A stretch of DNA of 64,000 nt from Azolla caroliniana (lineage: Eukaryota; Plantae; Polypodiophyta): assembly GCA_043228905.1 (NCBI GenBank), contig JBHGNT010000006.1, forward strand, positions 20,832,001 through 20,896,000, given 5' to 3'. The stretch's first letter is position 1; each line of letters begins with the position of its first letter. The notes beneath the pieces are model-generated. The model did no database searches and was not told where the DNA came from. It worked only from the letters and a program-made list of their open reading frames with translations. Shown here one piece after another: positions 1 to 13,197 of this stretch. Position numbers and translations under genes: made by a program.

Positions 1-1290
1 ACTTTATGTAATTTCGGCTTGTCATCAGATTTGAGCTCATTGACCAACGCCCGCTCGACCATTTGTTGCTCAGCGTGTTGCTGAGCCATCCGAGACATGG
101 TTGCAACCTAGAGGCGAGCCAGGAAGTCTATGAGCTCGTATGTTATGCCATGCAGCAAAATGGCGCCGAGCTCGTAAGATTCCATAGGTAAGTCCTTGTA
201 GATCATAACTTCCTCCTCTAAGAATAGGGAATTCTACCCTTGCTCAATATTTCCGGTTAGGGCTAATGTTTTATCGGTGACAACCGTGACAGTTGCCTTA
301 TCCGGCACTATGACTAGCTGCTGGTCTTCAGTCAAAGAGTCCTCGGTAGTCTGTTCTTCGGTATGGGGATGGTGCCGACAGTGCTTCTTGGCGGGGTTCG
401 TCTTTAGTGTCGCGAGTACATCACGAGGCCGCTTTGTATGTGGTACCATGGACCAAATGGTATCTGCTCCGGTCTTCGGTGGGTCCACCCAATGTTCGGG
501 GCGCAAATTGGGTGAGGCCTGTGGGGAAGATACGATTGGTGCAGGGAGTTTTGGTTTTTCGCTACCCCGGATGGTGATGTTGTTTGTGGCGTCCTAGGTT
601 TATGTCTCGGGCCTCGGCCGTGGTGAGGTAAGGGTGTGGACAGGTGTGTCGTCTTCCCATTCCTCCTGAGCTAGGTGTACAATTCGTTGCTTTTTCACCT
701 GGGTGGTTGGGGCGGGGAGAGAAAAGGGTCATCGAGATGTTGTCGTGATTTGGGGAGGAGAAAGCATGGCCAAGTGATGTGTTAAGGCAACCAAGAATTG
801 TTCACCTATTTGAAAAACCAATATTGCGGTATGAATTCCTCCCCCGGTTGAGACACCCCAATCGATGGCGCCGCCTCGGTATGCCGTCGTGATGAGGCTG
901 GCCTTTTTCTTGGGCATGTTGTATGCGTTTGCATGTATACAGATGAATTCTAGGAAGAAATGGACCAGATTACCAAAAAACTCATTAGGCACCCCATGTG
1001 TGTGATAGGCTTTTCTGGACGCCGAGTACTCCCCGAAATGTTGTTCCAAGATATGCTAAGGTGGAGCCTCTATTTTATGTTCTCCCCCTCGTTGTAGTCC
1101 CAACACTGATCGGATCTGGTTGTTGGTGATGGTGTCGGGATGCACCCTTCGTGCTACTCCATGTGCCTCCGGGTGGGGAGTAGTGTCGAGTACGTGGAGA
1201 TAACCTCCAAAACCATGTTTGGTTAACCAAGCACGAAGCTCCTTGGATACTTCGAACGGTGTCGTGAGGATTTTCGGCTATGGTGAGAAA
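1..1290 (-). pseudogene. Extra sense-strand ORF downstream of gypsy pol (degraded accessory protein)
   Basis: Coding-like fragments such as 729-1049 (HFGEYS...KKKASLITTAYRGGAIDWG) and a Pro/charged region at 234-506, lying ~1.1 kb 3' of integrase on the same strand. Confidence 0.5.
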
Positions 1291-4200
1291 ACCCAAGCAG
1301 GATGAATAAAATGGGGATGTGCAACATTGCACATGCACTTAATAGAATTGTAAAATAGAGTAACAAATGTAAAAGGAAGGGTAGAATGTAAGGTGCTAAA
1401 AGTGCACTACAACATTTGTGAAGTATAAAGGTGATGTGTACTTAGGGGCTCATGCACATGTAGACTAAAGGGGAGTGCATGGAACTACAGTGTAATAAGT
1501 AGAGGGTGTGGTTGGTTGTTAGGAGAGGGAGTTAAGGCTCCCTCAATCTCTCCTCCTAAGATCAAGAAAAATATTCCCCATTGAAGGAAGGGGATATTTG
1601 GCCTCTCTTTTTGTAATGTGACTCACCCCTTATTACTATAAAGGGAGTGAGGGGTCACTTGGGAAGGGGTCGCCATTTTGTTGATTTGGGGTAGACCATT
1701 AGGGTATATATTTCTCATCCCTATTTCGTTTAGGGTTTCGGTTTAGGATTTTGTTTTAGGATTTTCTTCTTCTTCTTCTTCTTCCTCTATCGGGGTTTAG
1801 GGTTTCGTCTAGTGGTGCTTATGTTCGGCCTACACGACCACGGTTGTAATTGGTGTGGTGCTTTCCATAATGTAATTGTTTGATGTATCTTGTCTTGTTT
1901 AGATCTTATTCTCTCTTACCTTAATCTCTCGAATCTTAATCTTTCTCTTCCTTCTCAGTTGAACTCCCAATATTCTCTCCCTTGTCCTACTCCCTAGTCC
2001 AAGACCCCCATGATCCTGCCCCTTTTCGACACATACTCGCAGATTTCCGCGACAACTACATGGTTGTTCCAGAAGAAAGAAAAGAAGAGTGGTGATGGAA
2101 GTAAGGAGACAGAGAGTGACAGAGAGCTTCTCTGCAGGGGGTTTGGGAGCGAGAGGGTGTCTGAGCAGCTTGAATACTTTGAGTCTTTCTGCAAAAGTGA
2201 GGGTTGCGCATGTTGTGGCTCCCTTTTTGTATGTGCCTTGGTTCACGAGACGTGGCCTTGTGCACTAGATTCAGAATCTGCCCTGCCATACAGGGTGTTA
2301 AGGACCACGCGTCCTAGGAACCGTTTGTATTTTCTTTTTCTCGTGTGGCGTGCATGCTCTTTAAATAGTTAATGGGTCTTCTTTTTTTCATGACTATAGT
2401 ATACAATTTCGGGTAGTAGGTAGGGGAATTACCGTGATTGCGGCAAGGTTCCCCCGGAATCTTCTGTTCTACCTACCACGGGCTGGTCCCGACCGTGTTG
2501 TTTATCGACGAAGGGATTGGTGGGCATTGAGCCTAGGTATGGCTTTAGTCGAAATCCGTTAACCCAAGTTTGCAAGACTTCCCCTGCGAAAGTGCCGAGC
2601 TGGAAAGTTTCGTTGAATTCATCAATAATCCAAAAGGGTCCTGTCCACTGGAAATGAAGTTTCTCCATCCTCGAATTGAGCTGAGTTTGGAGTTTGAGGA
2701 CTGGTTTCCCGATCTCGAATGATTTTTTGGATCCTCGCCGATGTCAATCCACAAAAGTTTTCCTTTGTCGCTGCCCATTCTCCAATTGTGCAATATTGGT
2801 AATAGGAGCTTCCTTGAGCTCGAGTAATTGTTCGAGCCGTTTTTGCTCAGACTCGGACTCAGAAAGTCAATCGGTTACTTGAACATGTAAACTCAGCACT
2901 TGAAACTCGATGGGCATAACTGCTTCCAACCCGAAAGCCATTCGAAAGGGAGTAGATCAGATACTTGTTTTGAACATTGTACGATATGCCCATAGTGCAC
3001 AATGCAGTTTATCATCTCAATCGGTTTGATTCTTGTTCAAAATTTTCTTGAGGATGTTTTGTAAGGTCTTGTTCCTTGACTCGACCAACCCGTTTGCTTG
3101 AGGGTCGTGGGGTGTGCTTTTCTTATGTACGACCACATAATGGGTGTTAAGATTGCGAACCAAACGGTTGAGAAAGTGACCTCCTTGGTTGCTTACGAGC
3201 TCGATTGGGCAGCCAAATCGACACCATAGAAATTCATACATGAATGTGGCGGCGCCTTTGCTTTGACCCATTTCGTGCCGTAGTCGGTAGCCATGATTAT
3301 ATACTTATTGCCAGTTCGGGCCGCGACTGGTTTCAATGGACTGACGAAATTCAATCCCCACTTCTGGAAATGTTCTAATGGAAGGACTGGTTGGTGAGGC
3401 ATACATGCTTGTTCGGTGGGTTGGCCCATTCGCTGAAGAGGTTGCATTGTTTGCAGAATTCGTGAGCATGCTTCGTTGTTGTGGGCCACCACAACCCACT
3501 TTGCCAAAATTTCCGAGCCGTGGCATCGCCAACATAGTGACCGCCGGCTATCCCGTGATGTGCCTCCCGTAGGATTGCATTCTTTTTTAATTGGCATACC
3601 GCATGACGCCAGATGCCATCCGAGCCTTTGTGGTACAAGGTGTGTGTGACAAGGCAAAAACTCCGACTGCGAACTGCCAACCGTTTCTTGGCATCTAGGG
3701 TCAAATCTTCAGGTGGGAGGCCGGTGGTGAGGAAGTGTGTCATCTCGTTTATCCAGTCGTCCTCGTTGTCGGCTGATGGTGTGGCTGCGTCTAACCCGAA
3801 GAGGTTGGCGTCGGGTAATTCATCGTATTCCGTTGTGGTTGGCTCCACTGATTCGAGCCGACTCAAGTAATCCACGACAACATGCTATACCCCTGGTCGA
3901 TGTTGGATGTCAAATTCGAATTCTTGGAGAAGCAACATCCATTAGGCCATTCGACTGGTTAGTGCCTGCTTATTGACGAGATAGCACAACGTCACGTGAT
4001 CTACGTGGAATGTAAACTTTCGGCCGCGCAAATAGTGCCAAAATTTTCAGCTGTCGAAAGTTGATGGCTAGCATAGTAGATTGGGCAATACTAATTCGGA
4101 GGCGCCTTTTGCATGAGGGCACTCCCAATAGCCACGTCCGATGCGTCGACGAAAACGTGGAAGGGTTGCGACCAATCCGGTAGTTGCACCACTAGTGCGT

Positions 4201-6692
4201 CTGAGAGCATTACATTAAGGGAGCGATATGCATCGTCTTCTGTTGCCGTCCAACAAAATGAAACCTAGTGTACAGCCCCGTGTAACGGTGTCACGAACTC
4301 AGCCAGGTAACGTAATTATGATATGTCACCTAATCTAACCTAAAGACCGGCTGAGTTCTTTTGTTGTGGTTGGGGTCGGAGCATTCAGGATGGCATGCAC
4401 TTTGTCAGGATCCATTGTTATTCTGTCGTGCCTGACAATATGGCCAAGTAAGGCTCCGTTGGACACGTAAAAAGCACACTTGGTTGGGTTAGGCTTAGCC
4501 ATGCTTGCCAGCATCGCTCTAGACAAAGGCATAAGTACCCGAGGTGCTCGTTCTTCTGGCCGTACACAGAAAAGTCATCAAGAAAGACTTGCATAAAGGC
4601 CAAAATGTAATCATCAAAAATTTCGGCAATAATTCGTTGGAAAGTGGCCAGACCTGTCTTTAAGCCGAACGTCATCGTGGCTCCTATAAACACGCCCCAT
4701 TCAGTGATAAATGTTGTTTTTGTTTGATCGTCAAGATGCATTCAAAGTTTATTATAGTTGTTGAATCCGTCTAAAAAGCTACAGCATTCATGGCTAGCCA
4801 CCGCGTTGAGGACGCCATCTGTTAGAGGAAGAGGAAAGCCATCCGTAATAGTTGCGGTAGTCGACGCAAAATTGGATTTTCCCGTTCTTTTTCGGAACTA
4901 CGACGATAGGGCTCAACCATGTTGCCCGTTTTACCGGCCATATGAACCCTACCCAGAGGAGTTGTCGATTTGCTCCTTTACTTTGGCCGCATAATTAGGA
5001 TTCATCTAGTAGCGGCGCTGCTACACAAGTCGTGCATCGCGCTAGAGGTGAATCTAGTGCTATGTGTATTGCGGATCGAGCCCCTTCATGTCACTGTACG
5101 ACCAGGCAAACACATCTTGGTAATCAGTTAGTAGCCCAACCAGGGCTGATCGTTCCTCTGAAGCCAATTCATTCGCGAATTTAAGAGTGCGTGGCTTGGT
5201 GGGGGAACCGATACTAATTTCCTCAAGTGTGGACGCCTTGACTCTCTAAGAGACAACCAATTCGCAATCAAGCACGTCGCGGGCATGTCGTAATTCTTCG
5301 ATGGCCTGTAGGTCCAGTTCGTGCGGATCCTCGTTCTCCTCCGGGGCAAACTTAGATACATATGGTTCGACAACCGTAAGAACATCGATTTCAAATAGAG
5401 AAACGATCATGGGGTGTTCCTCGAGGCAGTGGTCCATTTCATTGTCTGTGAGGCCGTCAAACATGTGAACTCATTCGGCATATAACAGGTTGGTATCAGA
5501 AGCTGTCGCGATCCATTCCTTCGTGGTGATACGGATATTGGTTTTGCCGCAGCAGAAGGAGATCATATTCCGTTGCCAGTGTTGCTTAATGTTGGTCGTG
5601 CGCAACCATGGACGACCAAGCAACGTTGGGTATGCCCCGGGAGCATCCAGGCGTAATACCACCGCTGAGATGGTGAAATCGTGGCCTCCGAGGATGAAGT
5701 CCACATGGCGGATTAACTAGGCCATTGGTCGAACGGAACAGGTATCCGCCATTTGGAGCCAAAACGGACATGGTTCCCATTGGGTGATACCGAGGTTGTG
5801 ACATGTAGCCTCACTAATGACATTAACACCCAAACCACCATCAATAATGCAACCGTGAACATCGCGACCTTTGATGACGAGTTTTACCACGAGGTTCTAG
5901 GGTCCATTAATGTTGAACCAATGCTTGGCTTTGCCAGATGGACCGGCAAGTTGGTTGACGCTTTGCCGATGGTGAGAGAGGCCACTGTGTCCTTGAATCG
6001 GGGAAGCAATTGTAGTAGTTTATGTAAGGGCATTGAGATTTGGCAGCTTGTGAGAGGTTGCCACACAAGGTCATCGTCATGTGCCTCGGTAGGTTGAGAG
6101 GAAGCCAAGGGACCGATAGTGATATCGTTCTCGGTCTGCATTCTCTCGGTATTCGCTTGATTAACCATGTCAACCCATTTTCTGGCGGTCTGTTGGACTT
6201 TGTCCTAAATTTCCCACTATGTTTTATTGGCTTTGCTTCGGGTCGTGACCTGTTGAGCATCTGCCATAATGATGTTTACGGCAAGTGGTTTACCTGGATC
6301 GTTGGTTGGGCACTGAGTGGCGTAATGCCTTGGTTGGTTACAGTTAAAGCACGTTATTGGTGTCGAGTGGCTAGATTCCCCTTGCTCAAATTGGGATATT
6401 TGATTTTGTGGGGGATCATCTTCTCGGGCCAACGAGGCGTAGGTTTGGGCATGAGGAGCGTTTTCCTGAGACTCGGGCAGGGGGTGTCGTCGATTATCGG
6501 TACGTGGAGGGTCTCAGCGATGGTTTTCGAAGGGTTGTCGATTATTGCCCAAGGGTCGAGGACCGCGATTATAATATGAAGGTCGTCGTTCGTGCCATGG
6601 ATACCTAGGTTCATAGTAGTCCTCTCGGTCGTAATCATAACAGTAATAGTCGTCGTCCAGACGATCGCGGGGTAAAAGCATGCGAGCGGAAA
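1..6692 (-). mobile_element. Degraded non-chromovirus Ty3/gypsy retrotransposon (Athila/Tat-like); 5' end truncated, 3' end outside the window
   Basis: Minus-strand fragments in gypsy order: gag CCHC-like (CFNCNQPRHYATQC, ~6330), protease (LLGRPWL, ~5610), RT (FLDDFSVYG, ~4575), RNase H (FHVFVDASD, ~4150), integrase ([23 protein letters not shown]...VNGFRLKPY, 2429-3875). Many stops and frameshifts. Confidence 0.85.
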
Positions 6693-6959
6693 CACTATTA
6701 TAGCTAATTAGCTACTAAAATGGCCACAACTAATTAGCTATTTGTTTAGGTAGTTTTTTGTGGGAAAATCATAAGGATGGTTTACGAAATTTTATGTTTT
6801 ATTAGTTAAATACATGTCATTTAATTTATGAGAATACTCAAATTTTTTAACTTTGGTTTCTGACGTAGTGGAACATGGGGAATAGTGCCATTATCTAAGG
6901 TCGACTTGAATGTCATCAAATTCCTGATAATCCTGAGTTCGAGTTCGAACTCCAAACAG

Positions 6960-9550
6960 ATGGAGTACTTTGAGCATGAATGCAGACGAAGCTCCCGCAG
7001 CAGCACAAAAACTCTGAGATCGACATTGCACCTTTAGAGCTACAACACACGACCAAGTCGATCCTCGTCCAGGTATGTATTAGTTACATATTAAAAAAAC
7101 TTGTTTTTTTCTTTTCTGATAACTATCTGTAACTTTGGTGCATGTTCATCTTTCCCAAAAATCGAATAGGGCGAAGTCATTGGAGTCCCAAACAAGGATG
7201 TCTCGAAGATCGGGGTGTAGCAGCAGGTGTGTTTCTTATTGACAAAATTTGGTAGTACGGTTGATTTCTGCCTTTAGTGATGATTAGGGTTTTTGTTTCC
7301 CTTAAGTGGTTTAGGGTTTCAGATTACAAATTTTAGATTACAAGTTTTTGGTTACAAATTTCGTATTACTGTCGCAATGTGTTGTAATTTTGCACCAATT
7401 CTCATGACAAATTCTGATTAGAGTTTCCGATTTTTTAAGTGGTTGATTTCTGATACATGTTGAAAAGGACGAATTACAAATTTTAGATTACTGTCTCAAA
7501 ATGTTGTAATTTTGCACCAAATTCACATTAAAAATTCTGTTTTTGCACCAATTCTGATTACTGATTTTCTATTTCAGGTGACTCAATCCTCCCTATCCTA
7601 GAGTGTTGAACTTCGCAAAATTTTGTGAGTCAAAGGAGGACTTCCACACCATATATGGTCTGTTGCTCGAGGATATTGACCCTGTTGTTCTAACAGATAG
7701 ATTGATTAGTGATGTAGATTGGATGTCAATATATAAAGTGCCTAGAGTGAAAGGCAAGGTCAAGCTCAAGCATGTACGACCGGACTTGTACAACGACTAC
7801 ATGAGACTACACCAGAAAGTACATCAAGAGATCCTGGTCAACAACGAGTTGTCCGTTTCATTTGCCAGAGCTTTTGCATGTGAGTATTGCAAAACAACGA
7901 AGGAATCTCATGACCCTAAAATCTACAAGTTAGCTTGGGCAATTTATGGTGAGGCATCGATAGAAAGATGTCGGAAGATGGGGAGCTTGCAACAAAAAAT
8001 GGCAAGATTTTGGAGCATGGCAGTTGATGATGCAACTGCCGACTCCCAACGAACCCGCAAGTATACGCGACACGAACACACGATGAAAGCCAATGTCGAT
8101 GATACAGGTGAGACATTGATCAACATGAGCTTGAAATTGAGGGGTCGTTGGATCCCCAACGGAAAATTCAATTGCAAACAGAGATCCAAGTTCTCTCAAT
8201 GAACCTGGATCTTCTAGGTGTCGCAGATTACAATTTGGACAAGCTACAAGTAAGTTAATGATTCTTGTTTCTTGTTGTTGTATCTTCCGCATTAAGGAAT
8301 AATTAATCGGTAAATTTCTCGGCTGCATTGAAGGAACAATACCCCTGTCAAGAACAGGTAGTTAGCACTACATTTTGCGGAGGGGGTCGTAAGGAGCAGA
8401 CAAGAATTTGACCTGAACATTCTTGCTCGCTTACCAAATGAAGGAGAACCAGGAAACGATATATTGACTGTTCAAGCATGTTGCATCGCTATAGAGGAAA
8501 AATCTGCAACTCTGTTGGTTCACCTACAACCATACCAACACACATACCATATCGTTTGTTTTCAATATGCTTGTCGCATTGCTGCATTCTGTTTGGGGGA
8601 TTGTAGTACAGCTCTCCCAGATGAGTGGAGAAAACCAACAGGTAAAATTGTTGCTTATGACCATAGTGTAGCTAATTAGTTCCATCTTTGTTAATTGGGT
8701 AAGCCGTATAAAGTGTGGAAACTATTTAGCTGTTATGGTTGTAGTGTAGTAGCTAATTAGCTCCTACCATACTTTAGCTTAGTAGCTAATTAGCTATGTG
8801 GTAGCCAATTAGCTCCTACCATAGTTTAGTACAATAGCTAATTAGCTAAGTGGTAGCTAATTAGCTACTACCATAGTTTAATACAATATCTAATTAGCTA
8901 CTACCATAGTTTAGTACAATAGCTAACTAGCAACCAGTTAGCTAATGAGCTACTACCATACTTTAGTTGATTAGCTAATTAGCTAAGTGGTAGCTAATTA
9001 GCTACTACCATAGTTTAGTACAATAGCTATTTAGCTAAGTGGTAGCTAATTAGCTACTACCATAGTTTAGTACAATAACTAATTAGCTAAGTGGTAGCTA
9101 AGTAGCTACTACCATAGTTTAGTACAGTAGCTAATTAGCTAAGTGGTAGCTAAGTAGCTACTACCATAGTTAAGTTATAGTGGCTAATTATCTACTACCA
9201 TATTTTGGTTGAGTACCTAATTAGCTAAGATGTAGCTAATTAGCGACCATGTTGTTGTAGAATCTTGTGGATTAAGGACGGCGCATGAGGTGTCTGGTGC
9301 TGATGACGCTGCAACTGATGAGGAGATAGTTGCCAACGTGGCTGAAAGTAAGAGTGATGCAATCACATCTCCTTTAGATCAGTTCCACCCTATTCTTTTG
9401 GAAGATGGTGTTGAATTAGGCAACGATGTGAAAAGCCATGAAATATTGGAAACAACATGTAAATCTAAGGTTCACAACAATAGTGTTTTTGAACACTTGA
9501 TGCAACATTTCTTCGAATCCCAAAACCTTGATTCCACCCCACTGAGGCCA
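6960..9550 (+). pseudogene. Degraded multi-exon gene with a RING-like Cys/His region, probably transposon-associated
   Basis: Phase-compatible GT-AG exons: 6960-7072, 7170-7226, 7578-~8200, ~8400-8641 and 9261-~9550. Degenerate RING-like pattern C.CC...LQP(Y)QHTYHIVC...C...C at 8470-8610. In-frame stops present. Confidence 0.55.
8668..9245. repeat. Tandem array (~52-bp period) built on the palindrome TAGCTAATTAGCTA
   Basis: Unit starts at 8991, 9043 and 9095 (52-bp spacing). The same palindrome also occurs at 6701-6740. Confidence 0.9.
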
Positions 9551-9551
9551 A

Positions 9552-12399
9552 CTACTGATATTCTGACTTCTGTTGCTTCCAATCTTCAATCGTCTTCTCT
9601 TCCAGAAAGACTACATCCCGACTTCTCACTACCTTCTTGTTGACTAGATCCCATAGCCTATAGCCAAATTCATCTTCCGAGTATCCCATGAATATGCATG
9701 CTTTCGACTTGTTGTCGAGCTTTGACCTCTGATCTTTCGGTACATGCATGTACGCCAGACATCCGAACACCCTCAGATGTTGCTAGGAGACATCCTTCCC
9801 GTCCACACCCTCTGTGGGCCATCACCCTTCAATGGTACTGAGGGAGACCTGTCGATCAGATAAACAGTTGTGTACATCACCTGAACCCAATAGGATTTCG
9901 GAAGTTTTGCATGAGAGAGCATGCTCCTTACTCTCTCCATGATCGTTCGATTCATCCTCTCTGCAAGCCCGTTCAACTCTAGGGTCTTTGGCACTGTGTA
10001 TTCGATCCAAATACCTTGGCTCTTGCAATATTCCTCCAACTGCCCTTTGTACTCGCCACCGTTGTCGGTTCAGATAGCCTTCAACTTCCGACCCGACTCT
10101 CTTTCGGTTCTAGCCTGGAACTCCTTGAAAACCGACAGTACTTGATCCTTCGACTTCAGTACGAAGGCCCATGTCTTCCGACTATAGTCGTCAATGAACA
10201 TCACAAAGTATTGTCCACCTCGATGCGATGGAGTATCAACATAGCACACGTCCGTGTGTACTAGTTCCAATGCAGCCTCTCTTCTTCTCGGTGGTCTTGT
10301 GTGGAATGCAGCTTTGTTCTGCTTTCTGGCTAAGGAGACGACGCACTTCTCTAGATGCACGCCCTTGACTTCTGGTAGAAGTTTCTGGCAGCTAACAGGT
10401 GCATTCCCTTCTCACTCATGTGACCTAGCCTCTTATGCCATATCTCACCTACCAAGTCGGTTGCCACATTTACTTCCGATTTGCACAGTCGGGCATGCAT
10501 CATGTACAATGTGCCTTCTTTCTGTGCTCGGGCCATTATAAGATTTCCTTGATAGAACTTCCACTTGCCATTTCAAAAGCTACCACTATAGCCTTCATCA
10601 TCTAACCTTCCAGTCGATATCAAATTCAATCTGATATCGGGGACGTGTCGAACATCCTTCGTGTTAGTCGACACCCTGTCGATGTCGTCGTTAAGAAAAC
10701 ACTTCCGACTCTGGTTACCCTGCACTCTCCACTATCACCCATCTTTACATAGCCATGATCCCCAACTATGTAAGTCGAGAAATACTCTCTCGACGGAGTT
10801 ATGTGGAACGATGCCCCGGAATCAATCACCCACGTGCAATCTTCACTTGCAAGATTTGCACTCATCTGTTCACAAATGAACAGGAATTCTTCATTGCTCG
10901 TAGCAATGGCCGAACTGTTCTTCTCATCAAGAATCTTCCTAGGTTCGACATTATTTCCGACACTCTTATCTTTCTTTAAGTATCGATAGTCCTTCTAGAA
11001 GTGTCCAGGATTTCTACAATAAAAGCACACGGGCTTACCTCTGGACTTCGATCTGACATGGGATTTGTCTGTTCGTTGCAGACTTCTTCTTCGTCGGTCT
11101 CTTCCTCTGTCCATATGTTGATTCAGATTCGACTCTGATTGGGACATGACTCTTTTGTCTTTCCTCCTTGCCTCCTCATTTAGGATGCTTGTCTTCACCA
11201 TCTGTAACGACAAGTTCTCTTCTTGACAAGAGGTGCTGAGAGTAACCACCAGGTTCTCCCAGTTGTCCGACAGTGTGCACATCAGCAGGATGGCCTGCAT
11301 TGCATCATCCAAGGGAAACTTGGTCGTAACAAGTTGATTTACATACCCCATGAATGTGTTGATGTGTTTGATGATGCTCTCACCGTCTCTGTATTTCAGC
11401 CGTACGATTTTTCTCATCATGGAGGTATTATTGAGCGCGTTCTTCCTCTCATACAGACCTGACAACTTCTGCCACATCTTGTGAGCATTTGTGTCGTTCG
11501 CCACATGCTGGAGGACACTTACATCGACACATTGTCGGATAGGGGCCACCACCTTTCTATTCAGAAGCTTCCAGTCCGACTCCAATACCCCCCTGGGTAT
11601 TTCTACTCTGTCGGTTGGCTCGTACAAGTCTTTAACTATGAGAAGGTCTTCCATCTTGATCTTCCAGTCTACATAGTTCTGTGCGTTGAGAACTATCATA
11701 CTTGGGAAACCACTCACACCTCCTTCCATGCTTGCACCTCAAGCTCTGATACCAATTTGTTGAGAAATCATTCGGTCGAATCACAATAAATGAACTATGC
11801 TGAAATATGAGTCACAGATATGCCAGGGGGGAAAAAAAACCAGGACAACAATTGGTGCACAAAGATTTAACGTGGAAACCCTAAAATGGGAGAAAACCGA
11901 GGAGAATAGAGCTTCACTATGTATAGTGGATATACAACAGAGGGTATGTTACAACACTCTTACAAGTGTATTAGCCACGCGGAGCTCTTGGCGTCTGCTG
12001 TTACGCACACAACTATGGCGCCACACTCTCTCTCCTTCTCTCTCTGCTCACACCTCACGCTCTCCTGCTAATGCTACCTCACTCTCTATCTCTTCTATTC
12101 TATCTCACTCTCGTTTTGCCCTAAGTGTATTTATAGTTATACATTGTATGGGTTATTTACAAATGTAGCCTCTACTACGTATCATTATTATTATTGCTAT
12201 AATAATAATAGTCGAACTATCAAACAGTCGACTCACTGTTTTCGACTATTCGATTGTCGACTTTCCAAACAGTCGGATCTTCCCTGTCTTCGACTGTCGG
12301 CACTCCTTGGTCCGATCAGTCGGCTCCTCGTAGTCATCGACTGTCAGCAACTTCTGGACAGTTGGTTCCTCCTCCCACTGGAGGGACATATACCCAACA
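9552..12399 (-). mobile_element. Ty1/copia element, 3'-truncated: 5' LTR 11758-12399, iMet PBS, gag, protease, integrase
   Basis: LTR with TG..CA ends; PBS TGGTATCAGAGC at 11743-11754; gag 10995-11729 with CFYCRNPGHF; protease WVIDSGASFH; integrase LVHTDV...NGLAERMNRT...CIFMGY. No RT. Confidence 0.9.
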
Positions 12400-13197
12400 A
12401 GTGAGACTCCAGTACCAAGGCGGATACAGCATGGTGGAGCACATGAATGCATTCCAAGGGCTTCTAAATCAAACAACTTCTCTTGAAGTACCTCTGGCCG
12501 ACAAGGTACTTCCATTACTCCTACTCAGTTCCCTCTCGAATCGTTGGGAGACGCTAGTTGTCAGTTTGGGCAATGCTGGGCCGGAAGGAAAGAAATTGTC
12601 CCTAGCAAGGGTAAAATCAAGCTTGCTAGATGAAGAAGCTCGCCAGAAGGACCGCGAGTCCAAAATCGATCCGAAGGCCTTGGTTACGGAGGATGACCGT
12701 AACCGAGGAAGAGGCCGAAATCAGAGTCCCCAAAACGAGGACAAATCGGGGACAAGGTCGAAGTCAAAGGGGAGCCCCACATGCTTCTACTGTGGGAAGC
12801 CGGGGCACTTCTAGAAGAATTGTCGACACTTCCGGAAATCCAAAGGGGGAACCGAAGAAGATTTCGAAAAGGAGAGGAATGTCGGCGATCGTGACAAGTG
12901 AAGAAGAACCACTATTAATCACCAAGGAGAGTGAGATGCATCTTGTCGGCAACGAAATGACATGGGCGGTCGACTCTAGCGCATCATTCCATCTAACCCC
13001 CCACCGGAATGCTTCTCATCCTACACGGCTGGAGATCATAGCTGTGTTCAGATGGGGAATGAAGGTACATGCCGAACTGTCGGCATAGGAGATGTGTTGT
13101 TGACGACATCAACCGGATGCAAGTTGCTGCTAAAGGATGTCTGACACGTTCCTGAGGTTCAGTTGAACCTGATATCGGTCGGTCGGCTAGATGATGA
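12400..13197 (+). pseudogene. Ty1/copia gag-protease fragment
   Basis: ...WETLVVSLGN...CFYCGKPGHF, then WAVDSSASFHLTP. Cut on both sides. Confidence 0.85.

Noticed and set aside
8668-9245. Regularly spaced palindromic repeats resembling a CRISPR array
   Set aside because: The spacers are themselves repeated, there are no cas genes and the context is eukaryotic.
6693-9260. Complete CACTA element bounded by CACTA and ...TGTAG
   Set aside because: The right end lacks TAGTG, there is no matching TIR or 3-bp TSD, and TAG at 9260 is better explained as a splice acceptor.
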